Of a DNA stretch of 64,000 bases, positions 30,628 to 41,001 are shown one piece after another; positions within the stretch are counted from its first letter, which is position 1; each line of letters opens with the position of its first letter. Both the position numbers and the translations under genes were made by a program. Where the stretch lies: the NCBI GenBank assembly GCA_039811145.1, contig JBDHYB010000015.1, positions 1,350 to 65,349 on the forward strand, given 5' to 3'. Source of the stretch: Chitinophagales bacterium. GTDB taxonomy: Bacteria > Bacteroidota > Bacteroidia > Chitinophagales > LD1. A model generated the notes under the pieces. The model was not told the DNA's origin. It did not search any database and saw nothing but the letters and a program-made list of their open reading frames with translations.

Positions 30628-32258
30628 GAACGAAAAAGCACATACAATTTCTTTTAGCCGGTGCGGCAACCCTGCTCAGCCTACTCTCCTATGCACAGGA
30701 TGATAAGGGTGTGGATAACCAGGTTGTGGTGGTTAAAGAGTTTGAAGGAAGTATACAGGACGCTCAGAAAATAAACATACAGCCCAACATACCGGAGGTG
30801 GAGGAGAAACAGCCTAAGCTGGAATACAGCGTGCCTTCTAAAGACTATAAGGAGTTTAGCTTTGAAACCAATCCACTAAAGCCAATAGCCATTAGCACAG
30901 AAAAGCTGGAGAAATACAACACCTCCTTCGTTAAACTTGGTTTTGGAACGCAGTTGATGCCATTGGCACAGCTTGCTTATAACGACAATAAAGCCAGGAA
31001 TGTAAAGTTCGGCATTTTCTATAACCACCTTTCGGCTAGAGAGTTTAAAGTAAAGAACCAACGCTTTAGCGATGATGAAGCCGGCGCTTACTTCCGGTAT
31101 TTCCCTAAAACCTTTGAGGTAGGCACAGGCTTTACCTTCCGCAACTACCGCACCCATTTTTACAGTGTTGATACCAGCTATTCCGATACATCTTTTGCTG
31201 CCAAGGATGTAAGGCAGGTATTTAGAAACTATGACGGGCTATTGTATTTCCGTAATGCGCAAAGCAACAAGGCTGATATTGATTTTAAACAGGATTTAAA
31301 CTTTAATTACCTGCAGGAGAAATTCGGTAAGGCCAATGAATGGTTTATTGCCGGTAATACAACCTTCCGGAAAGGGATTGAGAAGGTGCATAACATTCAC
31401 GCAGACTTTAACTTCGATATCTCGCGCTTAAAGAATGATTCGCTGGTATTACAGCGTAACGTATTCCGTTTAAGAGCAGGCTATGCGTTTAATAATGATG
31501 ACTGGAGAGCGCATGTTAAAGTAGGCATAGCCATTGATGGGCCTAAACCTTTCTTTTTAGCTGATGTGCACGTTGAAAAGCGCTTATACCAGCACTCTAT
31601 AATAGCGTATATCGATTATCAGCACCGCTACGAGAAGAACTCGCTTAACAGCCTTATACATACCAACAACTTTATCTGGAACTGGGCCAGTATTAAAAAT
31701 ACAACCAACGGAGATTTGGGGATAGGTTTAAAAGGTACAGCACAAAACCTTAGCTATAATCTTGCTTTCCACTTTAGCCATGTGGTTAACCTGCCGTTGT
31801 TTGTAAACGACACTTTAGATATGCGCCGCTTTAATGTGGTTTATGACAAGAGCGCATTGATTTATAACGGACATATTGAAGCCGGCTATAACCTTAAAGA
31901 ATGGTTACGCTTATCTGTATTGGCGGATATAAATCATTACCAACTTAAAACGGAGAAGCGCGCCTGGCATGAACCTAATTTTAAGCTTACGCTACGAGCC
32001 AACTATATCTGGAAAAACAAAATCAGTTTAGGTTTAGAGCTTTACGGCATCTCCGCATCATACGCAAAGTTGGCCAACGGACAGGAGGCAAAAATTAAAG
32101 GCACCGCCGACTTAAACATCAGTATTGAATACCTGTTCAATAAGCACTTTACCTTCTTCGGCACCGTAAACAACATAGCGCACATGCGCTACCAGCGCTG
32201 GTATGGCTACCCATCTTACGGCATTAATGGAATGCTGGGCGTTAAATTCTCGTTTTAG
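30624..32258 (+). CDS. Outer-membrane beta-barrel (TonB-dependent receptor-like), paired with the TPR gene
   Basis: Signal peptide, amphipathic strands, C-terminal NNI...Y...YGYPSYGIN..GVKFSF; 4-nt overlap with the TPR gene. Confidence 0.8.
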   Translation: MRTKKHIQFLLAGAATLLSLLSYAQDDKGVDNQVVVVKEFEGSIQDAQKINIQPNIPEVEEKQPKLEYSVPSKDYKEFSFETNPLKPIAISTEKLEKYNTSFVKLGFGTQLMPLAQLAYNDNKARNVKFGIFYNHLSAREFKVKNQRFSDDEAGAYFRYFPKTFEVGTGFTFRNYRTHFYSVDTSYSDTSFAAKDVRQVFRNYDGLLYFRNAQSNKADIDFKQDLNFNYLQEKFGKANEWFIAGNTTFRKGIEKVHNIHADFNFDISRLKNDSLVLQRNVFRLRAGYAFNNDDWRAHVKVGIAIDGPKPFFLADVHVEKRLYQHSIIAYIDYQHRYEKNSLNSLIHTNNFIWNWASIKNTTNGDLGIGLKGTAQNLSYNLAFHFSHVVNLPLFVNDTLDMRRFNVVYDKSALIYNGHIEAGYNLKEWLRLSVLADINHYQLKTEKRAWHEPNFKLTLRANYIWKNKISLGLELYGISASYAKLANGQEAKIKGTADLNISIEYLFNKHFTFFGTVNNIAHMRYQRWYGYPSYGINGMLGVKFSF

Positions 32259-32365
32259 AAAATGGTTTATTGGAATTATTGAGCAAGCTCTTCAGTAAAA
32301 AGATATTCCGTCACTTCTTGAGACAAGAACAATTATTAAGAAAGGTGAACGAGCCTCCGAATCTC

Positions 32366-33232
32366 TTAAGCCAAATATCCCAGCAACTTATTTATTTCCG
32401 CATGCTGCCTTTCAGGGTCGGCAAGGTTTGTTGTTTCTAAGAGGTAGGTAAGCATCTCGCGGATGATTTCCTTATTAGAGGCGGGCTGAAAATTGCGGGG
32501 ATGATGCTCGGCCTTAAGTTTATCCAGGTAATCCTTTACCTCGTTACGGCTAAAAATAGAGCCGCGATTAACCGGGTTGATGTAGAACATTACGTCCTTC
32601 TCTAAATTTTCAGCTGTAAAATCAAGCAAGGTCTTTTTGCAAAAGGCCAGTATATAATGTTGGCTAAGCGTAACTCCGTAAATAGGCAGGTTCAATTCGT
32701 TGGCCACTATCTGGTAAATAATACCCACTGCTATGGAACTGCCTTTTTTAGTTTCCAGCACATTGTTAATGCAAAGGTCCTGGTATTCGGCAGTGTTTTG
32801 CGAGCCTTGAAAATCGTGAAAGTTATAGAACACCTGGTTAAAAATCTGGATTTGCTCCAGTGGCGTTTGATTGTAGTTCAGTTCCAGCCAAATGGTTTGC
32901 TTTAGTTTTAGTATCCGTTTTTCAACTTCCTCAAACTTTAGCTCAGGATAAAAATAGCGGGCCACCAGGTAGGCGCCGGTAAGCAGTTCAGGAGCATCTG
33001 TTTCCACCCATTCAATCCATTCGTTTTCCAGGGAGGAAAACTGAATTTCGCGAATGATTTCCTCCAGCCTCTCGTGGGTAGCAGGGTTCAGTTCCGAACT
33101 CCAGGCCTGTTCCAGTTTAGGGATAACATCGGTGCCCAGGCTTATTAAGCGGTCGTGCACGTGGCGGAAAACTTCTTTGTCTTCATCATCAAGAAGTTGA
33201 ATCAACGCCTGGATCTCATTTTCATTTGCCAT
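32366..33232 (-). CDS. Transglutaminase-like/SirB1-family protein
   Basis: ALIQLLDDED, NVLETKKG..I.VGIIY, LPIYGV.L..HYILA, FYINPVNRG. Confidence 0.8.
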   Translation of the reverse strand: MANENEIQALIQLLDDEDKEVFRHVHDRLISLGTDVIPKLEQAWSSELNPATHERLEEIIREIQFSSLENEWIEWVETDAPELLTGAYLVARYFYPELKFEEVEKRILKLKQTIWLELNYNQTPLEQIQIFNQVFYNFHDFQGSQNTAEYQDLCINNVLETKKGSSIAVGIIYQIVANELNLPIYGVTLSQHYILAFCKKTLLDFTAENLEKDVMFYINPVNRGSIFSRNEVKDYLDKLKAEHHPRNFQPASNKEIIREMLTYLLETTNLADPERQHAEINKLLGYLA

Positions 33233-35569
33233 TTACTTCCGTTTACGGAAGGACTTTTTGGTAGGGCCACTTTCGCCGATGATCATCATCACATCTTCGA
33301 TAGTAAGGTATTCCGCACTCTTATCTTTAGGGATCTTGTAATTGTCTTTCCCTTTTTTGATATAAGGGCCATACCTGCCATTGAGCACCTGTATTCCTTC
33401 CTTTTCGAAGTTATGAATCACCTTGTTGGCATCCTTCTCTTGTTTTTCACGCAGGATGGCCACAGCGTCCTCAAAAGTAATCGTATAGGGGTCCTTATCC
33501 TTTGGGATAGAGGCGAAAGTTTTATCTAATTGAATGTACGGACCAAAACGGCCCACGCTGGCTTTTACATCCTTACCTTCTAACTGGCCAAGGGTGCGTG
33601 GCAGTTTAAATAAATCGAGGGCTTCCTCCAGGGTTATAGTTTCAATAGACTGTTGAGGGCGCAGCTTGGCATAGCGAGGCTTCTTTTTGCCCTCCTCACC
33701 TTCTTCAGGCGTTTTACCAATTTGCGCCATAGGGCCAAAACGCCCCATACGCACAATTATCGGCTCGCCGGTGCCTGGCTCTTCACCTAAATAGCGTTCG
33801 CCACTGGCACGCTTACCTTCCTTAGTGGTTACTTCAACCGTTTCGTGAAATGGTTTGTAGAACTTGTCTATCATTTTGTGCCACTCAATCTTGCCATCGG
33901 CAATACGGTCGAACTGGCCCTCGATATCCGCCGTAAAGTTGAAATCCATGATGTCCTTGAAATTCTCCATCAGGAAATCCGTTACCAAGGCGCCAATATC
34001 CGTAGGGAATAACTTAGATTTCTCAGCCCCTGTAATCTCCGTTTTTTCTGCCTTTTCAACCTTGCCACCCTTTAATACATACTGCACGTATTTACGCTCA
34101 ACACCATCGCGGCTTTCCTTAAGCACATAATTGCGCTTTTGTATAGTAGAAATGGTTGGCGCATAAGTAGAAGGACGCCCAATGCCCAGTTCCTCCAGCT
34201 TCTTAACCAGGCTGGCTTCAGTATATCGAGCAGCAGCTTTGGTAAAGCGCTCGGTGGCGGTCATTTCTTTCAGCTCCAACACCTGGCCTTCGCTAACCGG
34301 TGGTATAAGGGCTTCGCTCTCCTCATCACTTTCAGCATCTTCATCAACCCCTTCAGTATATACTTTCAAAAAACCATCAAACAGGATAACCTCGGCCTGT
34401 GCACGAAGGGTTTCCTTGTTCCTGTCATTTATAATATCAATAACCGTCTTTTCAATTTCAGCATCTGCCATTTGGCTGGCCAGCGTGCGCTTCCATATCA
34501 AATCGTATAAACGGGTTTCATCGTTTTCAGCCTCTATAGAAGGTACATTGGCGTTGCTGGGGCGGATAGCCTCGTGAGCCTCCTGAGCGCTGGCATTTTT
34601 AGTGTTGTACTGGCGCTTTTTGTGATACTTTTTACCGTAGCGCGAACCGATTTCTGTTTCCAGCGCATCCAAAGCAAGGTCAGATAAGTTGGTAGAATCA
34701 GTACGCATATAGGTGATATGACCGTTTTCGTACAGCTTCTGCGCAATCAACATGGTTTTACTTACTGAGAAACCCAGTTTACGGCTGGCTTCCTGCTGCA
34801 AAGTAGAGGTAGTAAACGGAGCAGCCGGTGTGCGTTTGCCGGGCTTCTTTTCAATGCTCTTTACTTTAAACTCGGCGTCAATTACTTCGTTCAAAAACTT
34901 TTCAGCATCTTTTTCAGTCTTAAAGTTTTCGGGGCGCTCTGCCTTAAAGGCTACCTTCTTTTTACCATCTTCTACAAAAAAGTAGGCTACTACTTTATAT
35001 GAGGCTACAGGCTTAAATGCGCGTATTTCTCTTTCTCTTTCTACTATTAAACGAACAGCCACACTCTGCACACGGCCTGCGCTAAGGCTGGGCTTTACTT
35101 TACGCCATAATACGGGTGAAATTTCGTAACCAACAAGGCGGTCGAGTACGCGGCGTGCCTGTTGGGCATTTACAAGGTCCATATTAATATGACGCGGATG
35201 GCTTACTGCCTCCTTGATCGCCTTTTCAGTAACCTCGGTATAAGTTATACGCTTGGCTTTTTTAGGATCAAGGCCCAAAACATCGCAAAGATGCCATGAA
35301 ATGGCCTCACCTTCGCGGTCTTCATCCGTTGCCAGAAAAATCTCCTCGGCACCCTTAGCCAGCTTTTTCAGTTCCTTTATTACGTCCTTCTTTTCGTCGT
35401 TTACCACGTAATCGGGCTCGTAATTATTCTTTACATCAATAGCAAGGCCGCTCTCGGGCAGGTCGCGAATATGCCCGTAGCAGGAAGTAACTACATAGTC
35501 CTTGCCCAGGAATTTATTAATGGTTTTTGCCTTTGCAGGCGACTCAACAATGATCAAATTTTTCGACAT
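33233..35569 (-). CDS. topA: DNA topoisomerase I
   Basis: IVESPAKAKTI, ATDEDREGEAI, SAGRVQS, ITYMRTDS, GIGRPSTY; C-terminal GRFGPY repeats. Confidence 0.97.
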   Translation of the reverse strand: MSKNLIIVESPAKAKTINKFLGKDYVVTSCYGHIRDLPESGLAIDVKNNYEPDYVVNDEKKDVIKELKKLAKGAEEIFLATDEDREGEAISWHLCDVLGLDPKKAKRITYTEVTEKAIKEAVSHPRHINMDLVNAQQARRVLDRLVGYEISPVLWRKVKPSLSAGRVQSVAVRLIVEREREIRAFKPVASYKVVAYFFVEDGKKKVAFKAERPENFKTEKDAEKFLNEVIDAEFKVKSIEKKPGKRTPAAPFTTSTLQQEASRKLGFSVSKTMLIAQKLYENGHITYMRTDSTNLSDLALDALETEIGSRYGKKYHKKRQYNTKNASAQEAHEAIRPSNANVPSIEAENDETRLYDLIWKRTLASQMADAEIEKTVIDIINDRNKETLRAQAEVILFDGFLKVYTEGVDEDAESDEESEALIPPVSEGQVLELKEMTATERFTKAAARYTEASLVKKLEELGIGRPSTYAPTISTIQKRNYVLKESRDGVERKYVQYVLKGGKVEKAEKTEITGAEKSKLFPTDIGALVTDFLMENFKDIMDFNFTADIEGQFDRIADGKIEWHKMIDKFYKPFHETVEVTTKEGKRASGERYLGEEPGTGEPIIVRMGRFGPMAQIGKTPEEGEEGKKKPRYAKLRPQQSIETITLEEALDLFKLPRTLGQLEGKDVKASVGRFGPYIQLDKTFASIPKDKDPYTITFEDAVAILREKQEKDANKVIHNFEKEGIQVLNGRYGPYIKKGKDNYKIPKDKSAEYLTIEDVMMIIGESGPTKKSFRKRK

Positions 35570-35813
35570 GCTAACCCTCGTATTGAAGCGCAAATAAAAT
35601 TCTTAACGGCTAAAAAAAAAATTCTGAGCCTTTGCCCCTATAAAACGAGGCTAAGGGCAAAAACGTTGCATTTAGCTGATTAGGGGCCAAAACAAACAAT
35701 TAAAAATCAAACTGAAGCACCACTTACCAAATGTTGCATATTGAAGCGTAGGTGTAAACTGCGGCTAACTGTAAGCTACAATTCCTATCTTTACGGCTGA
35801 ACTAACATAGAAA

Positions 35814-37163
35814 ATGAGCTTTTCTACTCTTACTGCCATATCGCCCGTAGATGGCCGTTACCGCAACAAAACCGAAGAATTAGCCGATTATTTTTCAGAA
35901 TACGCCCTTATAAAATACAGGGTGCATGTTGAGGTGGAATACTTTATTGCCCTTTGCGAGCTGCCTTTACCGCAGTTGGCGGACTTCCCCGTTAAGCACT
36001 TTAGCACCCTGCGTAACCTGGTAACCAACTTTGCCGAGGCCGATGCCCTGCAAATAAAGGATACAGAAAAGGTAACCAACCACGATGTTAAGGCGGTGGA
36101 GTATTTTCTTAAAAGCAAGTTTAATGAAGCGGGCTTAGATAAATGGAAGGAGTTCATCCATTTCGGGCTTACCTCGCAGGATATTAATAATACCTCTGTT
36201 CCTCTATCTTTTAAAGATGCCAACGATAAGGTTTACCTGCCGGCGCTGAAGCGTTTGACCGAGCGGCTTGAAGCCATGGCTGAAGAATGGAAGGAAATAC
36301 CCATGCTGGCGCATACACACGGCCAACCGGCATCTCCAACACGATTGGGTAAAGAGATAATGGTGTTTGTGGAGCGCCTGAAGAATCAGCTGCATTTGTT
36401 TGAGCAGATACCTTACAGCGCCAAGTTTGGGGGCGCTACGGGCAACTTTAATGCGCACCATGTAGCCTACCCTAAGATTAACTGGGTTGATTTTGCCAAC
36501 GACCTTGTAACACGCAAGTTGCACCTGCGCCGAAGCCGTTATACTACACAAATTGAACACTACGATAACCTTGCTGCACACTTTGATGCGTACAAACGCA
36601 TTAATACTATACTAATAGACCTGTGCCGCGATGTGTGGACCTACATTAGCATGGAATACTTTAAGCAGCGCGTGGTAAAAGGCGAAGTAGGCAGCAGCGC
36701 CATGCCCCATAAGGTTAACCCTATAGATTTTGAAAATGCTGAAGGCAACCTTGGCATAGCCAATGCCTTGTTTGAGCACCTTGCTGCCAAACTGCCCATA
36801 AGCCGCCTGCAACGCGATTTAACGGACAGCACCGTATTGCGCAATGTAGGAGTGCCCGTGGCACATACTATGATAAGCCTTGGTTCTATTGAAAAAGGAC
36901 TATCGAAGTTGTTGCTTAATGAGGATGCGCTTAAAGCTGACCTGGAAGCTAACTGGGCCGTGGTGGCAGAGGCTATACAAACCGTATTGCGCCGCGAAGG
37001 TTATCCGCAACCTTATGAAAAACTGAAAGAGCTTACCCGCGGTAACAATCGTATTACCGGCGAAAGCATTGCGGCATTCATCAATACGCTGGACGTTAGC
37101 ACCGAAATAAAACAGGAGTTGCTGAAGATTACACCGGCGAATTATACCGGTACGGTACTATAA
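35814..37163 (+). CDS. purB: Adenylosuccinate lyase
   Basis: TAISPVDGRY, TNHDVKAVEY, GSSAMPHKVNPIDFEN. Confidence 0.97.
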   Translation: MSFSTLTAISPVDGRYRNKTEELADYFSEYALIKYRVHVEVEYFIALCELPLPQLADFPVKHFSTLRNLVTNFAEADALQIKDTEKVTNHDVKAVEYFLKSKFNEAGLDKWKEFIHFGLTSQDINNTSVPLSFKDANDKVYLPALKRLTERLEAMAEEWKEIPMLAHTHGQPASPTRLGKEIMVFVERLKNQLHLFEQIPYSAKFGGATGNFNAHHVAYPKINWVDFANDLVTRKLHLRRSRYTTQIEHYDNLAAHFDAYKRINTILIDLCRDVWTYISMEYFKQRVVKGEVGSSAMPHKVNPIDFENAEGNLGIANALFEHLAAKLPISRLQRDLTDSTVLRNVGVPVAHTMISLGSIEKGLSKLLLNEDALKADLEANWAVVAEAIQTVLRREGYPQPYEKLKELTRGNNRITGESIAAFINTLDVSTEIKQELLKITPANYTGTVL

Positions 37164-37186
37164 TTGAAAGCCCCCATTTTTCTTAT

Positions 37187-37256
37187 TCATCTTTCGAAAT
37201 CCCGGAGGTTTCGGAATCATGTTTCGACATCCCGAATTGTCGGGATCAGGATGACA
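37187..37256. repeat. Degenerate GTCATCCTGAG-type repeat with nested TCCCGA-N4-TCGGGA palindrome
   Basis: TTCGACA-TCCCGAATTGTCGGGA-TCAGGATGACA. Confidence 0.55.
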
Positions 37257-37292
37257 GATAGTGATTAGAAGCAAGAGTATTATTTTTGTTTT

Positions 37293-37496
37293 ATGCTTCC
37301 CGCTAAACTAATTGAAGGCGAACATTATTACCTGGACCCTGAAAAGGGCTTTGTAGTATTTACAGCTAAGTATCATTTGTTGCGTGGCTACTGTTGCAAC
37401 AGCGGTTGCAGGCATTGCCCGTATAAAAAGAACGCAGAAAACGGACATCAGAAAACAGACAGTGAACAGCCGGATTCGGAAACAGGAGAATCTTAA
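37293..37496 (+). CDS. DUF5522-like small Cys-rich protein
   Basis: YY....G.VVFT..YHLLRGYCCNSGCRHCPY. Confidence 0.8.
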   Translation: MLPAKLIEGEHYYLDPEKGFVVFTAKYHLLRGYCCNSGCRHCPYKKNAENGHQKTDSEQPDSETGES

Positions 37497-37514
37497 AGCG
37501 AGACGATTACAACA

Positions 37515-38423
37515 CTAATCTTGAAAGTATTCCTTATAGCCACATAAGCCTTGTAAACCACCGGTATGCAAAGCAATGATTCGGCTACCGCGGGGAAATT
37601 TATCCTTACGAATCATATCGAAGAGGCCATACATCAACTTGCCGGTATAAACAGGGTCCAGTTGAATATCAAACTCCTTCTTGAAATTTTTAATAAAGCT
37701 GATTAGTTCCTCATTCACTTTAGCATAGCCGTCAAAGTGATAATCGAAATTTACAGAGAAGTTATTGAAGGTCTGCCCACAGTATTCTTCTACTAAATCA
37801 TTAACGCGTTGCGTTAGGGTATCCTTACCTTTTAAAGAGGAAAAACCAATGAGTTGCTTCTCTCCTTTTAAACCTGCAACCAGCCCGGCAAGGGTGCCGC
37901 CCGTGCCGCAAGCGGTACACAGGTAATCGAAATCAGTCACAATCTCTTCAATAATTTCCGCTACCCCTTCCAACGCAAAGCGATTGGTTCCACCTTCAGG
38001 CACATAATAAAAATCGCCAATCTGCACGCGCAGGCTTTCAATACTGGCGGGGTCATCTTTCTGCCTGTACATAGCGCGGTCCATATAGTGTAGGTCCATA
38101 CCACTTTCAGCAGCGAATTGAAGTGTGTCGCTTACAGTTTCGGGTTCCTCTCCTCTTATTATACCAATGGTTTTAAAATGGAAGAGTTTACCTGCAGCAG
38201 CGGTGGCATGAATGTGATTGCTGAATGGCCCGCCGAAGGTGAGCAGGGTTTTATAGTTATTAAGCCGCGCCTCCAGCAAATTGTATTTTAGCTTACGCCA
38301 TTTGTTGCCCTGCACATAAGGATGTATGAGGTCATCGCGCTTTAGGTAAAGGTCTATCTCTTTTTCTTTTAAAAGGGGCGATTCTATCTTCTGTAAAGGC
38401 GAATCATTAAACGTAGCATCCAC
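37515..38423 (-). CDS. ACC deaminase/D-cysteine desulfhydrase family PLP enzyme
   Basis: KRDDL, GNKWRKLKY, FGG..SNH, CGTGGTLAG, DPVYTGK, HTGGLQG. Confidence 0.92.
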   Translation of the reverse strand: MDATFNDSPLQKIESPLLKEKEIDLYLKRDDLIHPYVQGNKWRKLKYNLLEARLNNYKTLLTFGGPFSNHIHATAAAGKLFHFKTIGIIRGEEPETVSDTLQFAAESGMDLHYMDRAMYRQKDDPASIESLRVQIGDFYYVPEGGTNRFALEGVAEIIEEIVTDFDYLCTACGTGGTLAGLVAGLKGEKQLIGFSSLKGKDTLTQRVNDLVEEYCGQTFNNFSVNFDYHFDGYAKVNEELISFIKNFKKEFDIQLDPVYTGKLMYGLFDMIRKDKFPRGSRIIALHTGGLQGLCGYKEYFQD

Positions 38424-38441
38424 AAGGCAAACTTAGCTGAA

Positions 38442-39266
38442 TTACGGTTTAAACCAGTTAAAGATGGGTTTGTAGTTGTTGTTCCAACCAATGGCCCAGG
38501 CGCTTAGTTCCGAAACTTCCAACTCATTAATGTTGTAGGAAGTGCGCAGCATAATATCGTTTGGGTAAAGTTCGCGGGCACGCGCTTCGCGTTTAGCGGT
38601 TTGTTCAAAGGTTTCATACAAATCCCAGGCGCCAAACAAATGAAACGTTTCGTGTGCTATATCGCTTTCGTTCAGTTTATGGCCTTCGGGGTCGTGGCTG
38701 TAAATTACGGAACCTTCAACAAAGTAAACATCAGGATTGCAGCGTTTGGTATAGGGCATGGAATAAGAAATACCTTTTCCCTTTACGAACAGTAGAATGT
38801 AGGTTTTGGTACAGGTAGTATTGGTTAATACCCATTTATAAAAATCGCGGGGGCCATCGTAGCCAATAGAGGTAAGAACCTCACTAATAACATCAACGCG
38901 CTCATTACCGCAAGCAGTGCCATAGCCAATATCGTTATTCTTTATATCGGCAGTTTGGCCAAAGCTACCGCCCGTAAAGGTCAATGGAGCATTGTACCGC
39001 TTGGCCTGTTTCTGCAACCAGCTTTGCGATTTACTGAGGGCTGCCAGCGCTTCTTTCTTTTCATTGGCTGTCCATTGCGTGTTATCGGCCGATACAAAAC
39101 AACTAAGCACGTACATATCTCCGCTTAGTACATCGGCGCTACCGCAATTGTATTCGGCGGGCATTTTTTTACCTCCGGCCTCAGTTGCCGGTGCAGCAGC
39201 TACACAAACAAACAAAACCAATAAAACTGCACTTATCAGTTTAAAACTCTTCAAATCTCTCTTCAT
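38442..39266 (-). CDS. Secreted zincin metalloprotease (HEXXHxxGxxD)
   Basis: IAHETFHLFGAWDLY, downstream DIM Met-turn-like motif, signal peptide. Confidence 0.75.
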   Translation of the reverse strand: MKRDLKSFKLISAVLLVLFVCVAAAPATEAGGKKMPAEYNCGSADVLSGDMYVLSCFVSADNTQWTANEKKEALAALSKSQSWLQKQAKRYNAPLTFTGGSFGQTADIKNNDIGYGTACGNERVDVISEVLTSIGYDGPRDFYKWVLTNTTCTKTYILLFVKGKGISYSMPYTKRCNPDVYFVEGSVIYSHDPEGHKLNESDIAHETFHLFGAWDLYETFEQTAKREARARELYPNDIMLRTSYNINELEVSELSAWAIGWNNNYKPIFNWFKP

Positions 39267-39320
39267 TAAAGCACAAAAATAAAGCGAATAGAATGCCAGT
39301 AATTGCCTTTGTAACAATTG

Positions 39321-40892
39321 TTAGTGATTCAGCTTTTCGAAGATGGGCTTGTTTCTATTATAAATCTCTACAAAACGCTCAAAACGCTCGTCGTAAAGGG
39401 CGCGGTGAGCAGGGTTAGGGGTAAATACTTTGTTTATCTCTACGCTTTTGGCAGCTTCTTCAATACCCATGCGGCCAATAGCCATCCAGCACAACATGGC
39501 CGTGCCACGGCTGTTGGCCATTAGCGGCTCCTTTACCTGCTTAATCGGGCGATTCAATACGTCAGCCATTATCTGGCTCCAAACATCGCTATTGGCGCCG
39601 CCGCCTATAAAGTTGATACCATCGAAAGGCTTAGCCGTCATCTTTTCTACAAAGGTTAACAGCCAGCGGGCGTTAAGGCTAACCCCCTCCAGCACGGCGC
39701 GCATCATATGTTGGCGGTTATTGTTTAACGACAGGTTATAGAACCCTCCGCGCACGCTGTGGTCATCAACCGGGCTGCGTTCGCCGTACATCCAGGGCAG
39801 AAAGAAAACCCCCTCGCTACCGGCGGGTACTTGTGCCACAATTTTATCTACCAGTTTATAGAAGTCCTTAGGTGCTGTGCCGCTGTTCAGTTCATCCTGA
39901 AAATACAGCAGGTTATTTTTAAGGAAGTTTAAGCAGGCACCGGCAGTTTCCTGCTCGTTTGCTATTAGATAGCGGCCAGGCATAGCCGAAGGAATGGTGC
40001 CCATGTTATGGAACACATCGGTTTTTTTGAAGGGCACATGGCATACCAGCCAACTGCTGGTGCCTACGTACAAGTGGCCTTCGTAATCGCGTATAGCGCC
40101 TGAACCCACCGCTGCGCTTTGTACATCGGGTGTGCCGCTTACTACCTTTACATCGGGGTTTAGGCCAAACTCCTCTGCAATTTCTTTAGTAACGGTACCT
40201 AATACGCTATTGGTTGGCACCAGGTCCGGTAATTTGGCTTTATCAATACCGGTTAAGGCAATAAGGCCATCGTGGTAAGTGATGTTGTTGATGTTACGAT
40301 TATCAGTTACCCAGTGCAGGGTTATAGAATCGTAACTTGCGGCATAGCGGCCGGTAAGCCAGAAGTTGAGATAATCTTTAGGCTCTAAAAACTTATGGGT
40401 AGCAGCATAAACCTGCGGCAGGCGTTTTTGAATGTAAAGAATGTGCGCAATGGGGTCCTTACCGCTTTTGGTAGGGCCACCACCGGTTAAGCGAATCCAC
40501 TTTAATATTTTGCCAACGCCATAACCTTCAACGCGGATAGGGCCATGCGTTAGCTCTTTTACATACTCCGCACCCCGCGTGTCCATCCATATAATGGAGT
40601 TCATCAGTTCTTTGCCATCCTTTCCCAAGGCTACGGTACCGCTCCACTGTGCTGTGCAGTTAATAGCCGCAATTTTTTTGGTATCAATGCCGGTAGCGGA
40701 AATCAGCTTTTTGTAGCAGGTACGAATAGCATTAGTCCAATCCGAAGGGCGCTGTTCCGCGCCGCCACCTTCTGAAAGCAGCAAGGGCACCTCTTCAAAC
40801 TGGTGGCCTATACATTTACAGTTTTCATCAAACAGGGCCACTTTAGGGCCGCTGGTACCGAGGTCGAAGGTGAGGATATAGGATTGGCTCAT
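39321..40892 (-). CDS. FGGY-family carbohydrate kinase (xylulokinase-like)
   Basis: DLGTSGPK, WMDTR, PKDYL, GTS, GERSP, GGGANS. Confidence 0.9.
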   Translation of the reverse strand: MSQSYILTFDLGTSGPKVALFDENCKCIGHQFEEVPLLLSEGGGAEQRPSDWTNAIRTCYKKLISATGIDTKKIAAINCTAQWSGTVALGKDGKELMNSIIWMDTRGAEYVKELTHGPIRVEGYGVGKILKWIRLTGGGPTKSGKDPIAHILYIQKRLPQVYAATHKFLEPKDYLNFWLTGRYAASYDSITLHWVTDNRNINNITYHDGLIALTGIDKAKLPDLVPTNSVLGTVTKEIAEEFGLNPDVKVVSGTPDVQSAAVGSGAIRDYEGHLYVGTSSWLVCHVPFKKTDVFHNMGTIPSAMPGRYLIANEQETAGACLNFLKNNLLYFQDELNSGTAPKDFYKLVDKIVAQVPAGSEGVFFLPWMYGERSPVDDHSVRGGFYNLSLNNNRQHMMRAVLEGVSLNARWLLTFVEKMTAKPFDGINFIGGGANSDVWSQIMADVLNRPIKQVKEPLMANSRGTAMLCWMAIGRMGIEEAAKSVEINKVFTPNPAHRALYDERFERFVEIYNRNKPIFEKLNH

Positions 40893-41001
40893 AATTAAGG
40901 GTAGCTATTGCTAGACAATAATAAAATTTGGTGGCGTAAAGCGCAAAGGAGATTTATGTACAGCAACTTATTCCAAGTCTTACGGCAAGCCATGAACAAT
41001 A